64,000 nucleotides of DNA, from NCBI GenBank assembly GCA_965197905.1, contig CBDAOB010000005.1:1056001-1120000 (forward strand), given 5' to 3'. Numbering within the stretch: position 1 is the stretch's first letter; the number at the start of each line of letters is the position of its first letter. Both the position numbers and the translations under genes were made by a program. Of the stretch, positions 30,628-39,436 are shown one piece after another. Under the pieces are notes generated by a model that saw only the letters and a program-made list of their open reading frames with translations, ran no database searches and was not told the origin of the DNA. The DNA is from Candidatus Latescibacterota bacterium (lineage in GTDB: Bacteria > Latescibacterota > UBA2968 > UBA8231).

Positions 30628-31377
30628 ATGATGACCCCGTACGAACAAGCTATCAACGAAATCGACGTCTTCGGATTTACCCTGGTCCCCGATGTACTGA
30701 CTGCGGAAGAGATCGAGACCCTGAAGGATGCTTTGATCCGCAGCGCAGACCGGATGGGCGAGGACGGGTACGAAAACCGTGGGGGCACTTCGCTGCTTGT
30801 TCGCAATCTGCCTACGCTTGACCCGGCGTTCTTCCAGGTCGTTGATCACCCGGTGATCTTGCCGATCCTCGAGCATTTCCTGGATAAGTCTCTGATCCTT
30901 GGAAGCCTCAGTGCACGCATCGTAAGGCCTGGCGATGGCCTGCAAAACTTTCACAGCGATATCCCGGGACACATGCTCAATCCCGTGTCGCCGGTGATGA
31001 TGAATACCGTGTGGCCCCTGGTTGATTTCAGTCCCGAAGTCGGGGGTACGAGGATCGTTCCCGGTTCCCATAGGAGTGGGCACGACGGTCCACCTGAAGG
31101 ATTTGAGGTTAAACACATTTTTCAACCAACTTGCAAAGCGGGCAGTGTGCTAGTCTTCAACGGTCAGTGCTGGCACGCGGGTGGTGCCAACGAAACAAAG
31201 AACAACCGATACGCCGTTTTCTCCCACTACAGAAAGTCGATGTTGACGTTCCAGCTCGATCCACACGACGACTTCCCCGCCGAGTGGTATGGTCAGCTCA
31301 ACACACGTCAGCGCGAATTGTTGCGGATGCAGCAAGGTCCGGGAGCCCTACACGCGGCGGATGAACATTTTAGTTAG
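30628..31377 (+). CDS. PhyH-family Fe(II)/2OG oxygenase
   Basis: GFTLVPDVL, FHSD (HxD), GGTRIVPGSH and KAGSVLVFNG..WHAGGAN....R. Confidence 0.92.
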   Translation: MMTPYEQAINEIDVFGFTLVPDVLTAEEIETLKDALIRSADRMGEDGYENRGGTSLLVRNLPTLDPAFFQVVDHPVILPILEHFLDKSLILGSLSARIVRPGDGLQNFHSDIPGHMLNPVSPVMMNTVWPLVDFSPEVGGTRIVPGSHRSGHDGPPEGFEVKHIFQPTCKAGSVLVFNGQCWHAGGANETKNNRYAVFSHYRKSMLTFQLDPHDDFPAEWYGQLNTRQRELLRMQQGPGALHAADEHFS

Positions 31378-31617
31378 CAACAATCGCGGAACGCCTTCCA
31401 ACACAGACGAATCCACCGCGCCAGGGCGCGTACCAGAACAGGGTCTCGTCCCCCATGTTCTCGAAACCTGCTCCGCTCGAGACATGGCTGGGGATGGGCA
31501 TGGTCGGGTCGCGGTAGTCGACCTCGTAGGCGGAAACCAGCTGGAAGTCCGGGATCGCTTCCGCGAACTGCATGCAGGTCACTAACGCCCGTTTCGAACC
31601 GACGTTGCCACCCTGGA

Positions 31618-32472
31618 TTAGACGGTCAAATACTCCGGATCGTACTTGAGGTTTTGATCTTGCGGACCGCGAGCACGATAAACCGGGCGAAACAGGCTCT
31701 GGCGTTTCTCCGGCATGGTTGCAACTATCTCCGTAGGCACCGAGTGGGCGCCCCAGCGGGAATTGACCGTGTTGTAGAGATGAAAGAGGCTGAGACGGTC
31801 CCATTCCTTGTTTGTCCAGGTGACCCCGGTGTGACAGAGCGACTCGGTGAAGATCAGCGCCGACCCCGGAGGACAGCTATAGGTTTGCCATAAATCGCTC
31901 TCCCGGCCGCAGAGCTCATCTGCTCGCTCGAAGGCGGTCTTGTGGCTCCCGGAGATTAGATGAGTGCCATCTCCAGAGCGCACCTCAGTTAGCTCCCAGA
32001 CCACCCGGGTCAGGCCGGCGTGAATCTTACCAGGAAGCATCTGGTAGAGCTGCGAGTTGCCGCAGAAGTTGAAATAACCGCCACCGCCATGGGCGCCCCA
32101 GAGGTCGTGACCGCACGGGCGGCGGTCGGTCCGAGTGCGCTCGAAGCGGAAACCGTAGCAGTTTTCGTCGGCAAGCCCCTGGTGGGATAGAATCTCGTTG
32201 AGCACACCCACGATTACGGGGTGGTCCAGCAACACCTGTGATGGTCCTCCTACCGAGTTTCTCTCGCCCGGGGGAAGTGACTCCGGTTCGTCGAGAAACC
32301 TCCACTGGTGCTCCAGAATCGGTTCCAGTTCCTCAGCAGAAAGGAGACCGGGAAGCACGATCCACCCCTTCAAGTCGAAGAGGTACTTTTGCGCCGCCGT
32401 CATCGGAACGATAGGCAGGCCGTCGGCATTCGAGGTGGGTAGAAATCCGTTCTTCATCTGTATTCCCCTCAT
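31618..32472 (-). CDS. PhyH-family Fe(II)/2OG oxygenase with HGG in place of HxD/E
   Basis: KYLFDLKGWIV.PGLL, AHGGG, VVWELT, GSHK and PPGSALIFTE.L.H motifs. Confidence 0.82.
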   Translation of the reverse strand: MRGIQMKNGFLPTSNADGLPIVPMTAAQKYLFDLKGWIVLPGLLSAEELEPILEHQWRFLDEPESLPPGERNSVGGPSQVLLDHPVIVGVLNEILSHQGLADENCYGFRFERTRTDRRPCGHDLWGAHGGGGYFNFCGNSQLYQMLPGKIHAGLTRVVWELTEVRSGDGTHLISGSHKTAFERADELCGRESDLWQTYSCPPGSALIFTESLCHTGVTWTNKEWDRLSLFHLYNTVNSRWGAHSVPTEIVATMPEKRQSLFRPVYRARGPQDQNLKYDPEYLTV

Positions 32473-32976
32473 ACCACTAGGAGCTCGCCCTCAATTTTCG
32501 CCAGCTGCTCGGGCATGTGTTCGGGTGCGTCAGCACCTGCTCGAGATGAGTCTGTCGCCGCGGTCCGGCAGGTTTCAAAGATACCGATTGGGTTCTCGCC
32601 AGGCCTGCAAGCGCCCCGATGTGACCAGAAGGTGTTCACCATGGGGGAAAATGGCAACTCGAAATGAAGCTGATTCCGACGTGAGCTCTCGCTGAATTCG
32701 CCAACGGTCGCGATGTTGACCGCCCCACTGGCAACTGGCGCGGCATCTGTACTGAATTTGTTGAACTTTGCATCCTCCTGAGCGTTCTTGTTCTGTGGGA
32801 GCAGGGCGCGCCGGTGGTTTGTAAATACCCTCAGCGTGTCACGCCGCCAGGACGTTTCCTGCTTCCCGAAGAGGAGGTTGCTACCCCCGTAGATATCTAC
32901 CTCTACGAGTGGTTTTGCTCCAACCGCGCCGGCGGCAAGGAAGCAGGATCATCCGGCGCAAAGGCAGGAGAGCTGA

Positions 32977-35866
32977 ATGACGCAGCGATCCTTCCAGGCG
33001 TATTGGGCTCTAGGGCTGTTTGTATGGACGGCCGGGCATACTGAGGAACCACCGCACCTAGCGTCTCCCGAGGTGACGGGGACCCGACCTTTTCTGCGCT
33101 ATGAACGGCCGCCCTACCAGAACTACGCCATCAACCACTTCACCAATTATCCGGAGCACACCTGGAGGCACGGCAATCTTGCGCTTGGGCTCTCGGGGCC
33201 GAAAGGACACGGCGACGGCATAGGCGTTGATCGGCCTCAGGCCATGTGGAGCCCACTGGGGGAGTACCTCATGACCGGCTACGACCTGTTCAGCTGGGTG
33301 GAACGACGCCAGCCGGAACAGCGCGAGGGCAGCGAGGCCTTCAATGACGGGGCGGCATGGGACGTCTTTAACCAGGTGGCATTGGGGCGCGACGGATACG
33401 GGGAGTGGGGTTACAGCGCCATTACGGGCGATGGATTGATCGCTCGCTTCACACCGCTGACGTTGTCGAAGACGGATTTCGACGGTCTGCGCCTGGATCT
33501 ATCCCTACCCCATGTGAAGTTCACCGGTCTGGGCTCGCGGATGGGCGTCTTTTCCAGAACCGATATGACCATGCTTCTCGGCGCCCGCGCCCAGGTCGAT
33601 CTGGGCGTTTTGAGCCTGGGTTTAAGCGGAGTGAACCTGCACCGCTACGACCCCACACAGCCGGGCAACAGCATGAAAGGCAGACTGCCTCCACGCCAAC
33701 CGCTCTTTGAGTGGCTCATCGTGCGCGTTGCGGATGACGCGCCCACCGACGGCCGCGGTGGAGCTGTAGTGCAGGAGGTACGCCTCATTCTCAATGGCCA
33801 ATTGCAGCCCGATATCCGCCCCCGGGTGATCCGGCACCAGGCCCGAACGCAGTCTCAGGTGGGGGTCCATTTAAGGTCAACGGGTGCCTTTTTAAGGGCC
33901 AGCTACAACCATGTCGAGGGCTCTTCCCAGTATTACCGGGGTCGGGAGAAACCGCTCTTTGCGGACTATTTCTATCGCCTGGCACACGAAGCGGGGGCGG
34001 AGGTGAGCAAGGATACCTACCTGGAGGGTCTGCTGGCGAATTTTGCGCTTGAAGCATCGGAGGGAACCAAACACGCCGATGACGCGGAGCAACTGGTCTA
34101 CCTCTTCGATCTGAGTTCGGTGCGCTACGCTGAATCGGTGGAGGTGGAAGCGGTTCTGGGCAATGACTACCGGGTGGAGTGGGCCGGAATATACGTAAAC
34201 GAGCCCCTTGCCCAGGACCGCCGATTCGACCGCCGATTCCGCAGCACCGTTTACCGCACGGCCCTGCGGGCCAGGGGTAGCGTACAGGATGGATCGAATC
34301 TCAAACGAGTGCGCTTCAACGTGGGCGAAAACACCGGGATTTTCACCTACAGCGTGGATATGCACCTGGCGCTCCCAAGCGTCGAGATCAGCAGCGAGTA
34401 TGCGCGCTCGGCGGTATATGCGCGCTATCCGACGCACCTAGAGGGCCGCAAATTGTTCGATGCGGGGCCGCGTTTTGCGAATCGGGGTTCGGCCTATTTC
34501 ATCAATGCGTTGCACAGGTTCGGGCGCGGCCGCGTCGGGGCGGAGTACTTTACCATGAATCCCGACTTCACCACCGAGATGCTGACCTCCGCCCCCCCCT
34601 GGTTGGACAACCAGACGATCATCTGGCACCTGGTGCAGGACAACGAGGATGGAGACCGTTGGCCGGAGGTCCGCCTGTGGGATGTTTCCGGCAGTCCACG
34701 GACAACCTACCCCGGGGCTTACCCTTCGGATGGAGACGGGACGTTTCCTGGTCAGGACGAGGACCGCGACGGCCTGGTGGACACGGATCGCAATCTCAAT
34801 GCCATCCCCGACTACGAGGAGACCTTCCTGCTCTACGAAGTGGAACCCAACGAGTACGTCTATGGCCTGGACCGCAATCACAACGACGAGCCGGATGCGC
34901 GCGAAGACGATTGGGACGCGGATTACCCGTACGATCCAAACCAGCAGGGCTATCACCTTTTCGGGCAGATGGATCTAAGCCCACACGCATCTCTGGAGCT
35001 GGGGCGCTACGCCATCAAAGAGCTCGTCAGCTGCGGACGCAACCGCTCTTTCTATGTTGAGCTACCGCCGGGAGGGGGTCGCGCGGCTGCTACGGCTCTT
35101 TTTCGAGAACAACTTCCGCCGGGTGCAGGACGACATTGCCGATAAATTCGCCCAATTCGAAACAGACGGAATCCAGGTGTTGGATTCTCCTGCGGAGCTG
35201 GACTGGGCTGGCGGACGAGTGTTTCACTACAAGGGTGGAAACAGGTCTCACCCGGATCTCCTGGACTATCAGGACAGCTACGTCAACGAGACCTACCTGG
35301 AGGGGCAGCTGCGTCCCTGGTCGACGTTGAACCTGGTGCACAAGCTGCGCTTGCGGCTCAACTGGCAACAGGGCGGCCGGCTGGCTAATGCCCGTTTCCA
35401 GCGCGCGCGCCGGCTAGACTTCTGGACGATGGTCAGTCGCGCAGACTACACCTGGGATGTCGGCAAATTAAGTCTAACCCCGCAATTCAAGTTCTTGCTC
35501 CTGCACCTAAAAGACCAGAAAGCCGACCGCTCCTTGCGCACCGAATACCGGGTGATTCCGATCCTCAAACTGAGCTACCCTTTGATGAGCCGGACCGTAC
35601 TGCAAGCCGGGTTCCAGGGTTGGGGCCCGGTACCCTATCGGGTGGAAAACCGGACCCAGAAGCGCGAGAGCTTCAAACGGCGCACCGCCATGGTTACCCT
35701 TACCAACCGTTCGCGCTATTTCGGCTACGATTTGCATACGATCATCGCTTTCAACCGGGAGGAGTTGAAGTTCGACGAACCTTTTCAACGCTACAAGGAA
35801 GTAGACGGCTGGTCCTTTTTAGTGCGCGGACTGGTGGGGTTCACCGAATATGGACGGTTGATCTGA
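32977..35866 (+). pseudogene. Uncharacterised ~1000-aa exported protein, paralog copy A2, frameshifted at ~35056
   Basis: ORFs 32977..35145 and 35054..35866 are consecutive halves. NRSFY-G-LSYRREG lacks 5 nt relative to the Y-x-x-L-[ST]-Y of the other copies. Confidence 0.85.
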
Positions 35867-35984
35867 TTAACTGCGCGGCGATTGGTCCGACGGCAGCACC
35901 CACGTGCTGCTTTCCCCCGAAGAGTTGATCGAGGCGATGTTATCGTTTGAGCTGGGCAGTACTTTTGGCCCCCTTTACTTGTCC

Positions 35985-36150
35985 TAGTCGTCTGGACCCG
36001 GCACCACCGCGTGTGCTGCTTGACGAGGTCTGGCCGCTGCTGAACGTGGTGGGGTATGGATGTGGAGCGCGTTAAAGCGGACATGAAAAGTCCGCACATC
36101 ACAGCGGTGATCGAGCAGGATCTGGCTGATGCCGAGGCGCTTTGGGTGCG
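35985..36150 (+). pseudogene. Remnant of a DsbA-like thioredoxin-fold gene
   Basis: Degenerate frames give W..HH..., EVWPLL and MDVERVKADMKSPHITAVIEQDLADAEAL.V, which resemble the DsbA C-terminal helices. No start and no CxxC are left. Confidence 0.4.
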
Positions 36151-36431
36151 ACGGGATCGTCATCCAACGACTTGCGGAAGAAGGGCCAGTACTTGAAAAA
36201 CTCCATGCCGATGAGATCCACGTCGTTGACTGGGTTCCCCGTGACGGCATTTCTGTGAAACTCAACGACGCAGCTGTCGATGGGCTGGAGCCGGCCGACC
36301 CGGACCGAAACCCCAAGGAAGGTCAGTGGCTGCAGGGCAATCTCGATGCCAAGCAGATCAATCGAGGTGAGAATCAGGATGTGCCCGCCCAGCGTACCCG
36401 ATGCGAACTACCTGAATAGCGAGGGAAAACC

Positions 36432-37454
36432 ATGGACATTCTCGAACGATACGTAGCTATCGATAATAAATGCGCCTGGCCGAATCTCACGCTCATGCCG
36501 GACGGCAGCATCGTTGCGTCCGTCTTCGGAGAGCCCTGTCACCTGTTGTGGGAAGGCGAGGCAGAATGTTGGCGCAGCCAGGATGGAGGCAGAAGCTGGT
36601 CATTCTTGAGTGTGCCCGTCCCCAACGGGAAGGGCACGGCTCGCGGTAATCTGGCGGCGGGTTTGACACACGGGGGTGCATTGGTCGTTGTGTGCAGCGG
36701 TAGGAGCAACATGAGCCCAAAGGGAATAATGCCCTCGAAACAAGCTCCGGCCCAACGCCTACTGGCCCCCATTGTTTCCAGATCTGAAGACGGCGGCACC
36801 ACCTGGACCCACGAAAGCCAGGTGTTCGCCCCCGAAACCAGCAAGCTCCTTCTCTTCGGCGATATTGTGAGGCTGCCGGGAAGCCGGCTGGGCGTTTCCT
36901 GTTATTCGTCAATGGACGATCGGGACGAAAACGGCGACAGTGCCTGGATCTACTTCAGCGACGATGACGGGCGAACCTGGGGCGACGCCCGGCTTATTGG
37001 CGAGCGGTACAACGAAACCAACCTGCTGGTCCTGGGGGAAGGTAAGATGCTCGCTGCAAGTCGCACGGCGGGAACCGCCAAATCCGAGATCTTTGCCTCG
37101 AGTGACGGAGGGCACTCATGGACCTGTCGCGGTGCGGTAACGCCGGCGCGGCACATGCCGGCACATCTTCTACAGCTGCAGGACGAGTCGATCCTGCTCA
37201 CCTACGGAGTGCGTCTGCGGGGCATGCTCGGAGTCTACGCCAGCATCAGTCACGACGAGGGCATCACCTGGGATGATCCCCGGGTATTGTTCAACATAGC
37301 CGCCTACCAGTCAGATACGAGCAGCAAGGGTACGGACGGGGGATATCCGTCCAGCGTGCAGCTGGCGGACGGCACCATTCTTACCGCCTATTACTGCCAG
37401 CACATTCCCATGCACCAGCGCTATCACATGGGTGTCGTACTCTGGCGGAAATAA
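36432..37454 (+). CDS. Sialidase-like BNR/Asp-box repeat protein
   Basis: Five Asp-boxes (SQDGGRSW, SEDGGTTW, SDDDGRTW, SSDGGHSW, SHDEGITW), AWPNL, NET and DGGYPSSVQL.DG.I.TAYY. Confidence 0.82.
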   Translation: MDILERYVAIDNKCAWPNLTLMPDGSIVASVFGEPCHLLWEGEAECWRSQDGGRSWSFLSVPVPNGKGTARGNLAAGLTHGGALVVVCSGRSNMSPKGIMPSKQAPAQRLLAPIVSRSEDGGTTWTHESQVFAPETSKLLLFGDIVRLPGSRLGVSCYSSMDDRDENGDSAWIYFSDDDGRTWGDARLIGERYNETNLLVLGEGKMLAASRTAGTAKSEIFASSDGGHSWTCRGAVTPARHMPAHLLQLQDESILLTYGVRLRGMLGVYASISHDEGITWDDPRVLFNIAAYQSDTSSKGTDGGYPSSVQLADGTILTAYYCQHIPMHQRYHMGVVLWRK

Positions 37455-37625
37455 TAGATGGAAGCAATCACAGGTATCGGTGCCAGGCGCGAACTATTTG
37501 TAGATCGGCACCTTATAGATAGCTTGAACGGATCAATCCCGTTGACGCCTTCCAGCTGAATCTCTCACTTCTTAAACTCGGTGCCGTGTTCTGCGCCGGT
37601 CTCTGAAACGCACCAGAATCTTAGG

Positions 37626-39071
37626 TCAGCTATGGTACACTTGATCCTGCGGCTCGAACAGGGGTCGTAGCGGTCTGCGGGACGTCAGCGGTAGGGCGAC
37701 CACTAATGTGACGGCAGCGACTACGAAACCGAACAGCGCCGGGCTCAGTTGCCATGGTGAACCGAGCAGGAAACGCCAACCCACCGTGGCGATCGTGCCC
37801 GCCGTCATCGAAGCCACCACAGCATAGACGCGACTGCGGTCGTACCAGAAGACACCGACGATAAACGGCACCACCATGCCTGGCGCCCAGAAGTCGTAGA
37901 TGAACTCGAGTGCCTTGATGATATCGTCGAAGAAGTAGGCGCAGATAGCCGATCCGATTCCAGCGATACATGTCGTCCACCGCGCGACACCTAGCAGCTG
38001 GCTGTCACTTGCCGAGAGATCGACGTGGCGCCTGTAGACGTCTTCCATGGCGATTGACGACAAACTCGCCAGGCAGCTGTCAGCGGACGACATGACAGCC
38101 GCCATCAGGGCGGCGATCATAACCCCCGACAGCACCGGGTGAAAGAGCATTCTCACAATCGAAGGCAGCGCCAGCTGCACATTGCCTGCGGACTGGCCGT
38201 TTACGGCAGGATCGATGTGCGCCGAGAGTCCGAGGATGAATATCACGATCGGGTGAAAAAGCAGCAGAAACAGCCCGGCGCCGGCCACCCCCCACCTTGA
38301 TTGTTTCGCATCCCGGGCGATGAAACAGCGCGTCGTGTAAGGAGGAATGAAGGTCTCGCCCAGCAGGAAGGCGAAGAACAGTCCGATCAGGTGTACGGAG
38401 GTCCATTGACTGGTGAGCTCGAACGGTGCGTCTCCGACGTGTTCTGCGATTCCTGTGAAGCCGCCGTAACGCGAGAACAGCATGAATGCGGCGGTACCCA
38501 GTCCGAAGATGAGAATCACGAATTGCAGCACGTCGGTCTTGACGACGGCGCGCATGCCTCCGACGGTGGAATAAAAAACCGTGATCGCCGACGCGATCAG
38601 CAGCGCCACCCCATAGTCGATTCCCAGCACGGCGGTCATGATCGTGCCCATACCGACCATCTGGGCGGCGGCGGCCCCGATGAGGAAGATGACGCAGTGA
38701 AACGTCGAGAAATCCCGCGCCAGTACCCCGAACTTGAGCTCGAAGAAATCGCCCACGGTGATCAGGTTGAGCCCACGCAGACGCGGTGCCACGAACAGTC
38801 CCGTGAAGATCAGCTGCAGGTGCCAGGCGCAGACGATAACGGCAGCGGCGATGCCGACTTTGTAGACATTGCCGACGGAGCCGATCGACGATCCGCCTCC
38901 CAGCATCGTGGCAGCCGTCGTCGCCAGCAGCACCAGCCACCCGACCTGGCGGCCGGCGAGGGCAAAATCAGTGGCAGTGTGGATCCTGCGGGCGCTCGTG
39001 ATCCCAATGCCCAAGAGGATCACCAGGTAAATACCAAGTGCCGCTATCTCGATCGCGCTATCGTCGAACAC
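37626..39071 (-). CDS. Sodium:solute symporter (SSS) family protein
   Basis: About 13 hydrophobic segments; DF.LAGR, GGMRAVVKTDVLQ and AALMAAVMSSADS motifs. Confidence 0.92.
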   Translation of the reverse strand: MFDDSAIEIAALGIYLVILLGIGITSARRIHTATDFALAGRQVGWLVLLATTAATMLGGGSSIGSVGNVYKVGIAAAVIVCAWHLQLIFTGLFVAPRLRGLNLITVGDFFELKFGVLARDFSTFHCVIFLIGAAAAQMVGMGTIMTAVLGIDYGVALLIASAITVFYSTVGGMRAVVKTDVLQFVILIFGLGTAAFMLFSRYGGFTGIAEHVGDAPFELTSQWTSVHLIGLFFAFLLGETFIPPYTTRCFIARDAKQSRWGVAGAGLFLLLFHPIVIFILGLSAHIDPAVNGQSAGNVQLALPSIVRMLFHPVLSGVMIAALMAAVMSSADSCLASLSSIAMEDVYRRHVDLSASDSQLLGVARWTTCIAGIGSAICAYFFDDIIKALEFIYDFWAPGMVVPFIVGVFWYDRSRVYAVVASMTAGTIATVGWRFLLGSPWQLSPALFGFVVAAVTLVVALPLTSRRPLRPLFEPQDQVYHS

Positions 39072-39097
39072 TTGAGATCTATGGGGAAATCTGGGGG

Positions 39098-39268
39098 CTA
39101 CAGAATAACGCCAAGTTCACCCGCTACCCTCTCTGTCTGAGACCACACACCCTCGGCGATCAGAATATCCTCCGCTCGGCGGTGCTGCCCGGTCTCGTAA
39201 TCGAGCTCTCCGGACATCCCTCTGGCGAGTTGTGCGGTCCTGGCGTAAGCGATGTAGGCAGTAGCCCA
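39098..39268 (-). pseudogene. C-terminal remnant of an Ldh_2 (malate/L-lactate dehydrogenase-like) gene
   Basis: Start-less frame YIAYARTAQLARGMSGELDYETGQHRRAEDILIAEGVWSQTERVAGELGVIL-stop resembles the Ldh_2 tail (GE.E.....R...GI.I....W......A.ELGV). Confidence 0.4.
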
Positions 39269-39436
39269 GTATTATACACAAAGCCTCCGGTCCAATGAAG
39301 CAATATTGTGGACGGGACAGACCGGCCCGTAGCTCCTGCGCAAACAAGGTTCCAGGGTACTGTTAAATGGCACATCTTTTTGGTAGATTATCCGGGAGCT
39401 TAGATTTCCAGGATTCACCTGGGCTCATATGTCAAT

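Noticed and set aside
31370..31600. Coding-like segment between the convergent PhyH genes
   Set aside because: No start and no family I can recognise; possibly another remnant, but unsupported.
39367..39383. Sigma-54-like TGGCAC upstream of A3
   Set aside because: The -12 TTGC element is not present at the required spacing.
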